This document shows positions 20,428 to 30,087 of a stretch of 64,000 bases of DNA, in pieces (position 1 is the first letter of the stretch; each line of letters starts with the position of its first letter). The position numbers were made by a program, and so were the translations under genes. The notes below the pieces were generated by a model. The model did not search any database and had not been told where the DNA came from. It was given only the letters and a program-made list of their open reading frames with translations. The DNA comes from a virus (taxonomy: Duplodnaviria; Caudoviricetes): positions 858 through 64,857 of IMG/VR virus record IMGVR_UViG_3300018481_000022; one strand, given 5' to 3'.

Positions 20428-23400
20428 ACCCCATCACCTCGGTTGAATCGTTGACCTGCACCGCGAGCCCTACACTTGCGTTCAGGATATCGGTCGCGAC
20501 GACGAAGTCGCCACGTTTGACAACGAAGCCCCCTGAGCCGGGCGACAACTCGGGGCCCCCTGAAAGCGAGAGCGGCCCGCCTTCGACCGTCAGCACGACA
20601 ACCGGGCCAGCGTTCGCGCCGTGCCCGATGCCGTGCGCCACAAGCTCGACCGCCGCCGTATGCAAGCTGTCTTCGACACTTACATTGTCGCTAATAGCTT
20701 CGAGGTCTTCGAAGCCCGCGCCCGAGTTCATCCGATCAGCCACGCCAACGAGGTCACCGACCTCGACCGTGAAGCTGCCCGTTGCCGGCGCTGTGGGGCT
20801 CGCCAAGACGGTGAACATGTCGATCGGCCCCGTGTTGGCCCCGTCGACGATGCCGTGCGCCACAAGCTCGACATCGCCCGTGTGAGCCGCATCTTCGACA
20901 AGCCCGAAATCGTCTTCTGATCGGGAGTACCAAACTGTTACACCGAGCGCGTCGTTCGTCGTGACGACCTCGGTTCCCAGCTTCAGAATTTCGGCCGCCG
21001 CCAAGTCTTCGACTTCGACCGTGTCGGCCGCGTCGCCCCCGAGCGTTCGCGCAGCTGTCGACACGTCAGCGACCGTCACAACGTCCGAAAGCGACTTCCC
21101 GACGCCGACCGACGTCTTCAGCGAGTCCAAAACGCGCACTGCGTCTTCGAACTCGACGATGACGTTGATCTGTTCGAGAATCAGCTCGTCAGAAAACGCG
21201 TCGACCGCGTCGAGCGCCGCGCGTGCATAGGCAAGCGCCAGCGCGACCAAGTCGACCGCTTCGACCGCGTCGTCGGTGAAAACGTCTCTGTCGACCCCGA
21301 CCGACACGAAGTCGAGCGCTTCGACCGCGTCGTCGAGGCTTCGACCGAAAGCCTTCTGAGCGCCGATTGCGTCAAGTACCTCGACCGAATCGACGACCAC
21401 AACCACGACCGCCAAGTCGACGAGAACACCGTCGACCGTCAGCGCGGTATCGCGCACGACTCGCCCCGCGTCGAGCCCCATCGCGATGACGTCTGCGACA
21501 TCGGTCAGGTCACGCACGTCTCGACCGAGCACGAGCGCCCCTGTCACACTGTCGACGACCGCGATCGTGTCGCTCACCCCGAAGACCTGCGCGGCCCCAA
21601 GACCGAACCGATCGGTCACCGCCACGACGTCCAAGAACGCCCGGGCTGAATCGTGTTCGCGAGTCACGAGGTCGAGCGCGACGACGGCGTCGACGACAGT
21701 TTGCGCAATCGAACGCGTCGCTGTGACAGAAAGCAGGTCGTCAAGCGTGACGCCGTCGCTCGTGATGGCTTCCTTGATACTGTCGCGACCTACCCGAATC
21801 AGGTCGTCGACCACGACGATGTCTTCGAGCCTGACGACGTAGCTCGCTGCGATCGAGAGCGCGTCGACAACGGCGACCGAATCGAGGCCCGCGAAGTCAA
21901 CGCCGATCGACCCCTGATCGACGACACTCACCGTGTCGGCGAACACGCGCCCGAAAGCGACTTTCACTTCGACTTGGTCGAGCGCCGAAACGACGTCGTC
22001 GAATGTCGTCTGTGATGCGCGTTCGACGCCGACAGAGTCGGCCAGAACGACAACGTCACTTGTAATCACAACCTGCGCAGACGCAAGCGCAAGCGCGTCG
22101 ACCACTTCGACGACGTCGACGAAAGCGCGTTCAGATGTTGCCGCGCAAGCAAGCAAGTCTTCGACGTTCGCCGTGTCGCTTACTGTGACCTGCGACTCTG
22201 CGCGCGAAGCTTCGACTTCATCGTTGACCGCCGCCGTATCGGCCGCCGAACGATCAAAGGCCATCGACCCCACGATCGTATCGGCAACCGTCGTCGCATC
22301 GCTCTCTGTTCGCTCATACGCCCCTGCCTGCAAGATCGCAAGCGCATCGACAATTGACGTCACGTCAGTCGTCAAGCGCTCGAAAAGGGTGACGCGAACC
22401 AACGTATCTACAGCGCTCGCCGTGTCACTTGCCTCGCGTTCAATTGTCGCAATGCGCGCGACTTCAATCGCATCGGTGACCGGCGTCGCATCTGTCTGCG
22501 ATCGAGCGAAGGTCGCTGTGCGCCACAACTCGTCAACGATCGAGGCGCTGTCGCCCGCCGCTCGCTCCGATACGGTGTCTCTGACAGGTTGCTCGAAGAC
22601 TGAAACCGTGTCTGCCGCGCGCCGTGCAAACCAACCCACGCGCGCAAGTACATCGGCGATCGTTGCTGTGTCGGTCGCGGGCCTTCGACCATACGTCAGA
22701 GTTCGACGAACGAGGTCAGCGACCGCGGCCGTGTCGGTCGGCCTTCGACCATAGACGACTGTTCGACGAACGAGGTCAGCGACCGCGACCGGGTCGGTTG
22801 GCCTTCGACCATAGACGACTGTTCGACGAACGAGGTCAGCGACCGCGACCGGGTCGGTCGCGAGCCTTCGACCATACGTCAGAGCCCGCTGAACGAAGTC
22901 GTCAACCGAGACGGCGTCGACCGCGCTTCTTGGTATCACACCGATAGTAAATAGTACGACAAGCGCGTCATCAACGGTTTCGTTATCCGCTGCATTTCGA
23001 ACGCACGTCAAGACCCGTTTCATCGACTCAGTTAGGCTAAACGTATCTGTAAGTGTCGTGATGCTATAAGCCACTCCCACATAGCCAAAACTAAAGAGGC
23101 CGAATAGTTGCGCAACAGTATCGTTTGACCACCATCTTATGGAATCACGATCGGTCTGAACTGCCGCTGACCTTTTCGGAACGTCTAGATCCAACCCCGA
23201 TCCAGCCGTACAGATAATTCCGCCTTGGGGCGCGTCTCGACGACGCTCACTCGCGTTGATATTTCTCAGAAATGCATACGAACCCTGAGCGACCGGAAGA
23301 TTCGAAGAAATCGCACGAGTTCCGTGTGCGTATCCTGTTCCGCCTTCACAGAAATCACATGGCTGACCAGATCCCGGAGTGGTTAGATTTTGCCCGGTCA

Positions 23401-24934
23401 CTGCGCTTATCACGCTTTTCGCTATCGCTATCGAAGGGTGCCCTAGCGACGGCAACGGCTGAATGAAATTGGCTGTGCCCGATGCGTTAGTGCGCAATAC
23501 GTCGAGCTGCACTGGTTGAATTCCACTGTTGCCCCAATAGAACGCAAGATAGAAAAAGAGGTCAGCATTTGTTCCATCCCATGACCAACCGTTGGGCAAC
23601 GCTTGCCCAAACTGAAAATCATAGGTGAACGCCGCGGCCGTATTCTGTGTGTAAAATGAATTGTCGCGAATGGGCAGCGCGCCATCAATGTTCAGAGCGG
23701 CGGCCCACTGCGCGCCAGCATTTGGATCAATCCAACCAATCGACAACGCGCCCACCCCTGCGCCAGTGCGAATCTGATCGACGTCTACATTGTGACACTG
23801 ACCAATCGCATGAATCAGATCGGGGCGCCACGGCAGTGTGTTCACTGCACTTGCGGCACTTGTGCAGGTGCCGCATGCAACTTGAAGATCGTCGCCGCCA
23901 AATGCTATATAGTTGAAATAGTATGAGTTTATAGTCTTTGTCCAAACCAACCGGAAACCGTCGTCTATCGGTGTGAATGTTGCGGCGAACGTCGGTGAAG
24001 CAAGAGTGCTGTTAGCCTGAGCATACCCCTTTATTACGGCCCCATTCGAACTCCATCCGGCTATTGATGTGCCGCCGCTTGTATGCCATACGCCGACGGC
24101 TTTCTGATTGGGCGCATTCACACCGTCGTCAGCCGCGATACCATGCATGAACTCGATATTAGGCGTAACGGATGAAGGGGCTTGTGCGCTATAGAGTATA
24201 ATCGCCTTTACCTTGAAACCGAGTCCGGTATAGTCTCTTGTGCTCGGCGCGGATGGGGCTTGAACCAGCCCGGCGCGAGCGAAAATCTTTCTAGTTGGGG
24301 TTAGCGCTCGCGGCCCCTGAATCAGAAGCATGTGTTGTGTCAGCGATTCGATCCCGGTGCCGCCGACCTTCGTGCTTGGCGCCCCCGTGCTGACGCCCGC
24401 CGCAACGACCGGCTTGTACATCGCATAGACACCGACCAGACCGCCCGCACTAAAGTCGAATGTCTCATTCCAACCGGCCGGAACGGTCGTGCCGTTCCGA
24501 TTCGCGTCGATCACGCCAACCGCCAGCGCAAAGCAATCGACAGGCGCGGTTTCCGCAAGCCACGACCACGTGTCGCTGTCGTTTCGCTTGATCGAATGTC
24601 GACAAATCGGCTGCGTTTTATTTGCCCCTCGAAACTGATACGACAAAATCAAATAGCTGTTGTTGACCGTCCATGAGAACGGAACACTATTGCTATCGCC
24701 AGTTTGACGAAGCTTCCAGAAGAACGCACTGACAAGACCGTTGTGCGAGCTTCCGATTCGATGCCAGCCGTCGGGCGCCGCGATGTACTGATCCTGTAAT
24801 TCGTCACAGGTCGCGCGCATCACGTGCACGAGTAGCAAGTCGTCGGTGACCAACGTCATCTGTGACAAATCGGCCGATGCCGATGTGCCTGACCCGTAAA
24901 CATACATGACGTTGATGAAGGTTGGCGCGGCCAT
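20405..24934 (-). CDS. 1509-aa fibre-like virion protein: N-terminal globular domains plus about 800 aa of ~20-aa Asp/Val/Thr repeats
   Basis: D-x-V-x-V-x-D periodicity; N-terminal part visibly AT-richer; lies between head and neck genes. Confidence 0.65.
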   Translation of the reverse strand: MAAPTFINVMYVYGSGTSASADLSQMTLVTDDLLLVHVMRATCDELQDQYIAAPDGWHRIGSSHNGLVSAFFWKLRQTGDSNSVPFSWTVNNSYLILSYQFRGANKTQPICRHSIKRNDSDTWSWLAETAPVDCFALAVGVIDANRNGTTVPAGWNETFDFSAGGLVGVYAMYKPVVAAGVSTGAPSTKVGGTGIESLTQHMLLIQGPRALTPTRKIFARAGLVQAPSAPSTRDYTGLGFKVKAIILYSAQAPSSVTPNIEFMHGIAADDGVNAPNQKAVGVWHTSGGTSIAGWSSNGAVIKGYAQANSTLASPTFAATFTPIDDGFRLVWTKTINSYYFNYIAFGGDDLQVACGTCTSAASAVNTLPWRPDLIHAIGQCHNVDVDQIRTGAGVGALSIGWIDPNAGAQWAAALNIDGALPIRDNSFYTQNTAAAFTYDFQFGQALPNGWSWDGTNADLFFYLAFYWGNSGIQPVQLDVLRTNASGTANFIQPLPSLGHPSIAIAKSVISAVTGQNLTTPGSGQPCDFCEGGTGYAHGTRAISSNLPVAQGSYAFLRNINASERRRDAPQGGIICTAGSGLDLDVPKRSAAVQTDRDSIRWWSNDTVAQLFGLFSFGYVGVAYSITTLTDTFSLTESMKRVLTCVRNAADNETVDDALVVLFTIGVIPRSAVDAVSVDDFVQRALTYGRRLATDPVAVADLVRRTVVYGRRPTDPVAVADLVRRTVVYGRRPTDTAAVADLVRRTLTYGRRPATDTATIADVLARVGWFARRAADTVSVFEQPVRDTVSERAAGDSASIVDELWRTATFARSQTDATPVTDAIEVARIATIEREASDTASAVDTLVRVTLFERLTTDVTSIVDALAILQAGAYERTESDATTVADTIVGSMAFDRSAADTAAVNDEVEASRAESQVTVSDTANVEDLLACAATSERAFVDVVEVVDALALASAQVVITSDVVVLADSVGVERASQTTFDDVVSALDQVEVKVAFGRVFADTVSVVDQGSIGVDFAGLDSVAVVDALSIAASYVVRLEDIVVVDDLIRVGRDSIKEAITSDGVTLDDLLSVTATRSIAQTVVDAVVALDLVTREHDSARAFLDVVAVTDRFGLGAAQVFGVSDTIAVVDSVTGALVLGRDVRDLTDVADVIAMGLDAGRVVRDTALTVDGVLVDLAVVVVVVDSVEVLDAIGAQKAFGRSLDDAVEALDFVSVGVDRDVFTDDAVEAVDLVALALAYARAALDAVDAFSDELILEQINVIVEFEDAVRVLDSLKTSVGVGKSLSDVVTVADVSTAARTLGGDAADTVEVEDLAAAEILKLGTEVVTTNDALGVTVWYSRSEDDFGLVEDAAHTGDVELVAHGIVDGANTGPIDMFTVLASPTAPATGSFTVEVGDLVGVADRMNSGAGFEDLEAISDNVSVEDSLHTAAVELVAHGIGHGANAGPVVVLTVEGGPLSLSGGPELSPGSGGFVVKRGDFVVATDILNASVGLAVQVNDSTEVMGYASADTR
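22681..22884. repeat. About 3.3 near-identical 60-bp tandem repeats inside the fibre gene (RRPTDPVAVADLVRRTVVYG)
   Basis: gccttcgaccata... starts at 22681, 22741, 22801 and 22864. Confidence 0.95.
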
Positions 24935-24940
24935 GAGAGT

Positions 24941-25672
24941 CTAAAGCCTCCAACTCTTGACAGCGCGCGACGCCTGCAAACGACCATCGGGTCCGAGCGG
25001 TAACGAATGCTTGTCGACCTCGAAATTCTGACCCGCCTCGTCGTACCACTCGCCTTGTCGGTACCGGGCAAGCGCCACGCGCCCCGAGAACGTGCACACC
25101 GTCACGAATACGTTCTCGGGCGGTTGACTTGCGGGAAAAGCATTGAACGCGTGCGAATCGACCGAAGGCACTTCGAGCCACAGCGCCGCGACCCCGAGCG
25201 TCGGCACAAGATCGCCCCCGCCCCCGCTGACGGGCGCGACCGTCACGACTCGGATCCACAGGTTGCCCATGTCTCGGGCGATCCAATCCGCCTCGCGACC
25301 AATGAGCGCGAGCGCGTATTCTTGCCAATCGCCATGCCACACCGTGAAGTTTCGTGTCTGCGCAATCAGCTTCGAACCATTGTTTGCGCGCCGCGGATCC
25401 TCGCCCCATACCATCGCCGCGAGCTCGATCCCGCCTTCACCTGCAAGGCGCGCGAATCGCCCGCGCACGGCCGCCGATCCGAACCCAATCGGGCCGCGCG
25501 TCTCGATCGCTTGGTCGAAACCATGACCTTGTTCGGCGACTAGCGACACGAAGCGGTCATCACCAAGATGGGTCGCCAAGACAGCGTGTCGATCCTGATT
25601 GCCGCCGTTGCCGATGACCCGAAGGTCGCCAATCGACCCGCCGTCAGCGACTGAATGTAGAAGGTCGGACAT
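24941..25672 (-). CDS. Hypothetical protein
   Basis: RBS GAAGGG and tight packing in the operon. Confidence 0.6.
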   Translation of the reverse strand: MSDLLHSVADGGSIGDLRVIGNGGNQDRHAVLATHLGDDRFVSLVAEQGHGFDQAIETRGPIGFGSAAVRGRFARLAGEGGIELAAMVWGEDPRRANNGSKLIAQTRNFTVWHGDWQEYALALIGREADWIARDMGNLWIRVVTVAPVSGGGGDLVPTLGVAALWLEVPSVDSHAFNAFPASQPPENVFVTVCTFSGRVALARYRQGEWYDEAGQNFEVDKHSLPLGPDGRLQASRAVKSWRL

Positions 25673-25681
25673 GGCCGCCCT

Positions 25682-26110
25682 TCAACTCGCCGTCTCGCCC
25701 GTGCCCTCGTTGACGAGCGCGTTGACAAGAGCCGTCGCAAGCGGCTGCGACTCCTGAGCGGGCAAGCCCGCCGTCACAAGGGCCGTCGCAAGGGCGCCTT
25801 CAAGGGCGCCTTGGGCGCCAACTGCGTCGCCCCACAGCCGAGCGTCATCGACATACAGAATGACCCGACTTGCCCACGTGTCGGCGCGCCAGTAGCGAAC
25901 GACTCCCGAGAAGTCTGCGCGCGCAACAACGACACCCGCGCGCACACCGAAGGCAAGGATCTGATCGACGACGATCTGGTTCAGAGCCGTTGCCGTCTGC
26001 ACCTGCAACGAAGTCGACCCGGGGCTCGTCACGAGCGCCGCAAAAATCGCTGAATCATTGTTGCGAACCGTATTCTGAAAGTTCGCGGCCTTGACGAAGC
26101 GTCGTTCCAT
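25682..26110 (-). CDS. Hypothetical protein
   Basis: RBS GAAAGG and operon packing. Confidence 0.6.
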   Translation of the reverse strand: MERRFVKAANFQNTVRNNDSAIFAALVTSPGSTSLQVQTATALNQIVVDQILAFGVRAGVVVARADFSGVVRYWRADTWASRVILYVDDARLWGDAVGAQGALEGALATALVTAGLPAQESQPLATALVNALVNEGTGETAS

Positions 26111-26159
26111 GGGTTCGCCTTTCGTTTCGGGGCAAGCGCCCGAGCGAACCCGGGCGCGT

Positions 26160-26498
26160 TCACGATAGCCTGAAGATGTTCCTACAGGTCAGGGCTGAAC
26201 ACACGCGTTCGACCGAGTCGACAGCTCGACCCGACTGACGCACCTTCGTTTCCTTGCCGCACTTCGCGCACGGGAAACGGGGTGCATCGGACGTCAGGGC
26301 CGTCACTTCTTCGACGACCTGCACAAGACGGCACGGCGGCGAAGAGCAGACGCGCAACGACTCGTCGTGTCGACGGGCTTCGCCGTGTGCTCGACTCTCT
26401 GCGCCGCACTTCGGGCATGGAAACTTCGGCGAAACGGGCGCCGTTTCGACCGATGCTGTCGCGGCATCGGTCATCTGTTGACGGTCGACGAAGCTCAT
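26160..26498 (-). CDS. Tandem Ogr/Delta-like zinc-finger protein
   Basis: Two copies of FPC.KCG...R......RVCS...CR, similar to the Ogr/Delta F.CPKC...R.S...ER..C....C...F pattern. Confidence 0.55.
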   Translation of the reverse strand: MSFVDRQQMTDAATASVETAPVSPKFPCPKCGAESRAHGEARRHDESLRVCSSPPCRLVQVVEEVTALTSDAPRFPCAKCGKETKVRQSGRAVDSVERVCSALTCRNIFRLS

Positions 26499-26983
26499 GT
26501 GATCCGCACGTTGTAAGTCAGCTTGAGCTTGTCCGCTGTGGTCTTGTTGACCGCGGTGAACACAGCGCGCATGAGCGCCGACCCGCCCGGGCTCGTGTTC
26601 TGATTCAGAACGACGACCTCGCGAATGTTCGCCGCCGACTTCGACCCTGCGCCCGATGGGTAACTCACGACGAGCTGAAACGTTCGTGTGCCAGCCAAAA
26701 GCGTCTTCAGGTCGGCCGTGTTGATCGTGCCAGTCACTGGCGAAATCACGTTCGTCTGACCGCTACCCGCTGCGACGCCGCTCGTTCCGATTCGGAACTG
26801 ATCCCAATCGTTCGTGTTCAGGCCGCACGCCTGACGCCACGTCTGGCGCTTGCCCGTATTGACGACAAGGTTGTGCGTGCGCACCCGCGCAATGACCTTC
26901 GGGCCGTCGGCGCCGTCGCGAATGACTTCGACGTCGACGTATCCGCCGAACTTGCGACCTTCGAGCATGTCTTGAATGTTCAT
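26495..26983 (-). CDS. Virion structural protein (fibre-associated)
   Basis: HNLVVNTG, IG.SG, IREV, R.VF.AVNK...D.L..TY.V motifs typical of fibre anchor proteins. Confidence 0.7.
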   Translation of the reverse strand: MNIQDMLEGRKFGGYVDVEVIRDGADGPKVIARVRTHNLVVNTGKRQTWRQACGLNTNDWDQFRIGTSGVAAGSGQTNVISPVTGTINTADLKTLLAGTRTFQLVVSYPSGAGSKSAANIREVVVLNQNTSPGGSALMRAVFTAVNKTTADKLKLTYNVRIT

Positions 26984-26990
26984 AGCCGGC

Positions 26991-28808
26991 CTAATCCTCC
27001 GCGGCGCGCCCGCTGAGCGCGCCCTGTATCAGTGTAACGTTTGCCCGAGCTTCTGCGAAAGCTTCGGGCGGTGAATCGTCAGGCAAGAGCTCGACCACGC
27101 GTTGACACCATGCCAGCGCTTCAGACAACAAGCCGAGCTCCCCGCAAACTTGCGCCAGCCGCTGAGCGGGCAGGTACGAATAGAACGCGAGGTCGATCCA
27201 CCATACCGTGATTGGCGGTTCGCCGATCGCGGTCGCCGCGATCGAGTAGAACCGACGCGCCTTCTCGGGTTCTTTGCTCAGGTAGGCGATGTCGCCCAAC
27301 CACAAAAAATGCTCGAAGCGCGACCAATCGTCGGCCGTGCAACCATGCAAGACGACCGAAGCGTCTTTCATCCTGCCCTGAAGCATGTATTCTTTGGCGA
27401 GGATCAACCGCGCTTGGTACTTCTGAACGCCGTTGTGCGACACGACGAGAAACTGTTCAAGGCGCTCGGTCGCGCGTGACACGTCGATGTCGCGCCATTC
27501 CTGCCCGAGATAGAAAAGGCTCGCTTCGGATTTCCGCGAGAGCCAGTCGTCAAGTAGCGCGCTTCTGTTCTGTGCCTTGCGTTGTTTGGCCCGACTCGCG
27601 CCTCGTTCGTGATGCCGGTCGTGAAGCGTCTTGACCTGCCCGAGAGTCACGCAAAACGTGCCATCGGGAAAGTCGAGCACATTGTGCACCGGGCGCTTGA
27701 ATCGGATGTCGGGCGCCTTCTGAAAGAGCCACGGGAAGGCCCATTGCTGCCCGTTGCCTTGGCGAAGCACGAAGCCGACACGCGCGGCCTTCGGAAGCAC
27801 GCTGTCGACCGCAAGCAAAACGTCTTCGCCTGCGACAAGCCGCTCGTGACCTTCGGTCATGAAGATCCAATCGCCCGAGCATTCGTCGATGCACTGATTG
27901 CGCACCGACGCGAAATGAATACCGCCTTCGCCCATGTATTCCTTGCACGAGCCTCGACACACCGCGCACGCGTCGATCGTGTGCCCTGTCGGCGGCCCCA
28001 TCGGGTCGCGCAAGAAGAAGACCTTGTCGGCATACCGCGAAGCGACTTCCCACGTGTCGTCAGTCGTGCGCGGGTCGACCCCGACAACGAGCTCGTCAGC
28101 AATACCCCGAAGCGACGCAAGTGTCGGTTCAAGGTCGCGCCCCTCGTCGCGCACGGGCAAAGTCGCCGACAACCGAAAGTTCTTCTTCGCGATTGGGCCG
28201 CACACCGCGAGCAAGTACGGGCCAAGAACTTCGATCCTCACGTGCTCGAAGTGAACCGACAGCTCTGACTTCAGGGTCATAGCGGTAAACTTCACCGCGT
28301 GCTGTGGCTCTTCGTCGGGGCCAAGTCGGTTGTTCGGCACGCTGATCAGCGCCCCGAGTCGATCCGACCCTGCCATCGCGTCGAAGACGCCTGCGCGCGC
28401 GCCCGCTGACAGATGTTCCATGCACTCTGTCGACACAAACAAGTCGACGCCGTCGAAGGGAACCAAGATGTCGTCGAGTTCGAGGTCGAGTCGCGTCGTC
28501 GACAGGCCCCGCGCGAGAGCGGCTTCAAGCGCGACCTCGCTATTGTCGACGACCGTGACGCCCGCGACATTCGAAAGCGTCTTCAGCTGTTCGCCAAGCA
28601 CCCCTGTCGCGCCGCCGATGTCTGCGACTCGCACATTCTGTACATACAGCCGCTCGACAAGGTGCTTGATCCGCGCGTATACGCGCGCCAGCGCTTGCGT
28701 GCGCCAAGCCTCTTCGGCCTCGCGTTCCCACAGATGATCCCACAGGTCGGCCGAATTGTGCAGGCGCGCCTGATGTTCCGCTTCGTGTTGGGCGATGGCT
28801 TCGACCAT
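26991..28808 (-). CDS. Class I SAM methyltransferase - GT2 glycosyltransferase - TPR fusion
   Basis: VADIGGATG, ECMEHL, ISVPN; LSA..PVRDE, DELVVG.D...D.T, F..VRN..I..C.GDWIF; helical TPR-like C-terminus. Confidence 0.85.
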   Translation of the reverse strand: MVEAIAQHEAEHQARLHNSADLWDHLWEREAEEAWRTQALARVYARIKHLVERLYVQNVRVADIGGATGVLGEQLKTLSNVAGVTVVDNSEVALEAALARGLSTTRLDLELDDILVPFDGVDLFVSTECMEHLSAGARAGVFDAMAGSDRLGALISVPNNRLGPDEEPQHAVKFTAMTLKSELSVHFEHVRIEVLGPYLLAVCGPIAKKNFRLSATLPVRDEGRDLEPTLASLRGIADELVVGVDPRTTDDTWEVASRYADKVFFLRDPMGPPTGHTIDACAVCRGSCKEYMGEGGIHFASVRNQCIDECSGDWIFMTEGHERLVAGEDVLLAVDSVLPKAARVGFVLRQGNGQQWAFPWLFQKAPDIRFKRPVHNVLDFPDGTFCVTLGQVKTLHDRHHERGASRAKQRKAQNRSALLDDWLSRKSEASLFYLGQEWRDIDVSRATERLEQFLVVSHNGVQKYQARLILAKEYMLQGRMKDASVVLHGCTADDWSRFEHFLWLGDIAYLSKEPEKARRFYSIAATAIGEPPITVWWIDLAFYSYLPAQRLAQVCGELGLLSEALAWCQRVVELLPDDSPPEAFAEARANVTLIQGALSGRAAED

Positions 28809-28838
28809 GATCCCTTTCCTTTCGTCGTGTCGGATTGC

Positions 28839-29282
28839 CTACAGAACGCCGTTCCACAATGCTTTTGCGACCAGCCATCCGGGCGCATCGGGCGACTCGG
28901 GCGCTTGCGGCTGAGCCGGTGCGTGCCCTTTCGTGACTGCCGTCGCCGCTTCCTTTGGTTGGTAGCCGACCACGCGCTCGACTTCGGTCAGCGTGTTGAA
29001 CTCGAAAGAGCCGTCGTTCTTGCGCGTATACGCCGCCGCATAGAAGCGAACCCGCTTGCTTTCTTCGACGTTCTCGCCGAACTGATACACGTCGAACACG
29101 ACCGACTTCGAAAAAATCTCGACGGGGTAACAGCTTGAATCCTTCCCGAGATTCAACTTCTGTTTGATGTACGACTTCCCCGCGTCGCGAACCTTCTGCG
29201 CATACACAGACAGGCTTTCGCCCGTCGCAAGCGCGATGTCTTTTTGCACGATCACGTCGTGAGTCTTCTTCGTCTCTGACAT
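28839..29282 (-). CDS. Hypothetical protein
   Basis: RBS GGGAG; C-terminus LWNGVL resembles the scaffold C-terminus MWSGVL. Confidence 0.65.
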   Translation of the reverse strand: MSETKKTHDVIVQKDIALATGESLSVYAQKVRDAGKSYIKQKLNLGKDSSCYPVEIFSKSVVFDVYQFGENVEESKRVRFYAAAYTRKNDGSFEFNTLTEVERVVGYQPKEAATAVTKGHAPAQPQAPESPDAPGWLVAKALWNGVL

Positions 29283-29294
29283 TGGCGTCGCTCC

Positions 29295-29708
29295 CTATCG
29301 CTTCAGTGCGTTGAAAATTTGCTTGCCGCCCTTCGCAAGCGACACGCGCGCCGCGGGCTGTGACGCATGGGCCATCAGCGTCAGCCGCACGTCATCAGCG
29401 ATCAGCGTCACTCGCTCGCCGCCCTTGACTCGCCCTTGCGCCTCGACCGCCTCGACGTGCACGAAGACGCGTCGAACGCCGTCAGGGCGCGATACGGAAT
29501 ACTGCACACCGATGTCGCGCCCTGACGGCTCGCCGCACGCTTGACACTTGCCGCGCACGGTATGGCGCTCGACAAGCGACACCCCGTGAATCGTCGCTTG
29601 AAAGTCGTCGCGCGCCAGTTTCGCGAGCCACATTCGCGCCTGTTCGGCGTCGTTCAGGTCTACGGGGTGTGTCTGACCGTCCGATGTGTGGATTTTCAGC
29701 ACGTACAC
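29295..29708 (-). CDS. Hypothetical protein (CxxC)
   Basis: Operon packing, RBS AGGGG. Confidence 0.6.
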   Translation of the reverse strand: MYVLKIHTSDGQTHPVDLNDAEQARMWLAKLARDDFQATIHGVSLVERHTVRGKCQACGEPSGRDIGVQYSVSRPDGVRRVFVHVEAVEAQGRVKGGERVTLIADDVRLTLMAHASQPAARVSLAKGGKQIFNALKR

Positions 29709-29720
29709 CCCTGTTAGAAC

Positions 29721-30065
29721 CTACTTCAGAACGTCGACCTCGTCGCAATCCTCCGAACTCCGAGGCCTCAGAGCCGCGTCACTGAACGAAGGTAGGTCGA
29801 GAGCGGGCGGCGGGATGGAAGGCCGCCCGGGGTTCACCGTGGGCCGCTCCGGGGTCGTTCCGACTCGGGCCGGCGGTGTTGGCTTCGGGCCCGCCGTCGT
29901 GAACACGACACCGCGCGCTTTCAGATGGGCCGCTTCCCCATCTGTGACGACGCAGGTCGTACCGGGGCGCACATGAATCGCCCCCTTCACGGATCGCTCG
30001 ACAGAAGCAGGAAAATCTTCGACCTGCTTCAGTTGCGAGCTTGGCGAAAAAATGATGGTCGGCAT
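29721..30065 (-). CDS. Hypothetical Pro-rich head-associated protein
   Basis: RBS GAAGGA; position after the capsid genes. Confidence 0.55.
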   Translation of the reverse strand: MPTIIFSPSSQLKQVEDFPASVERSVKGAIHVRPGTTCVVTDGEAAHLKARGVVFTTAGPKPTPPARVGTTPERPTVNPGRPSIPPPALDLPSFSDAALRPRSSEDCDEVDVLK

Positions 30066-30087
30066 GCGCTGTGATCCTTCCTTCGAG

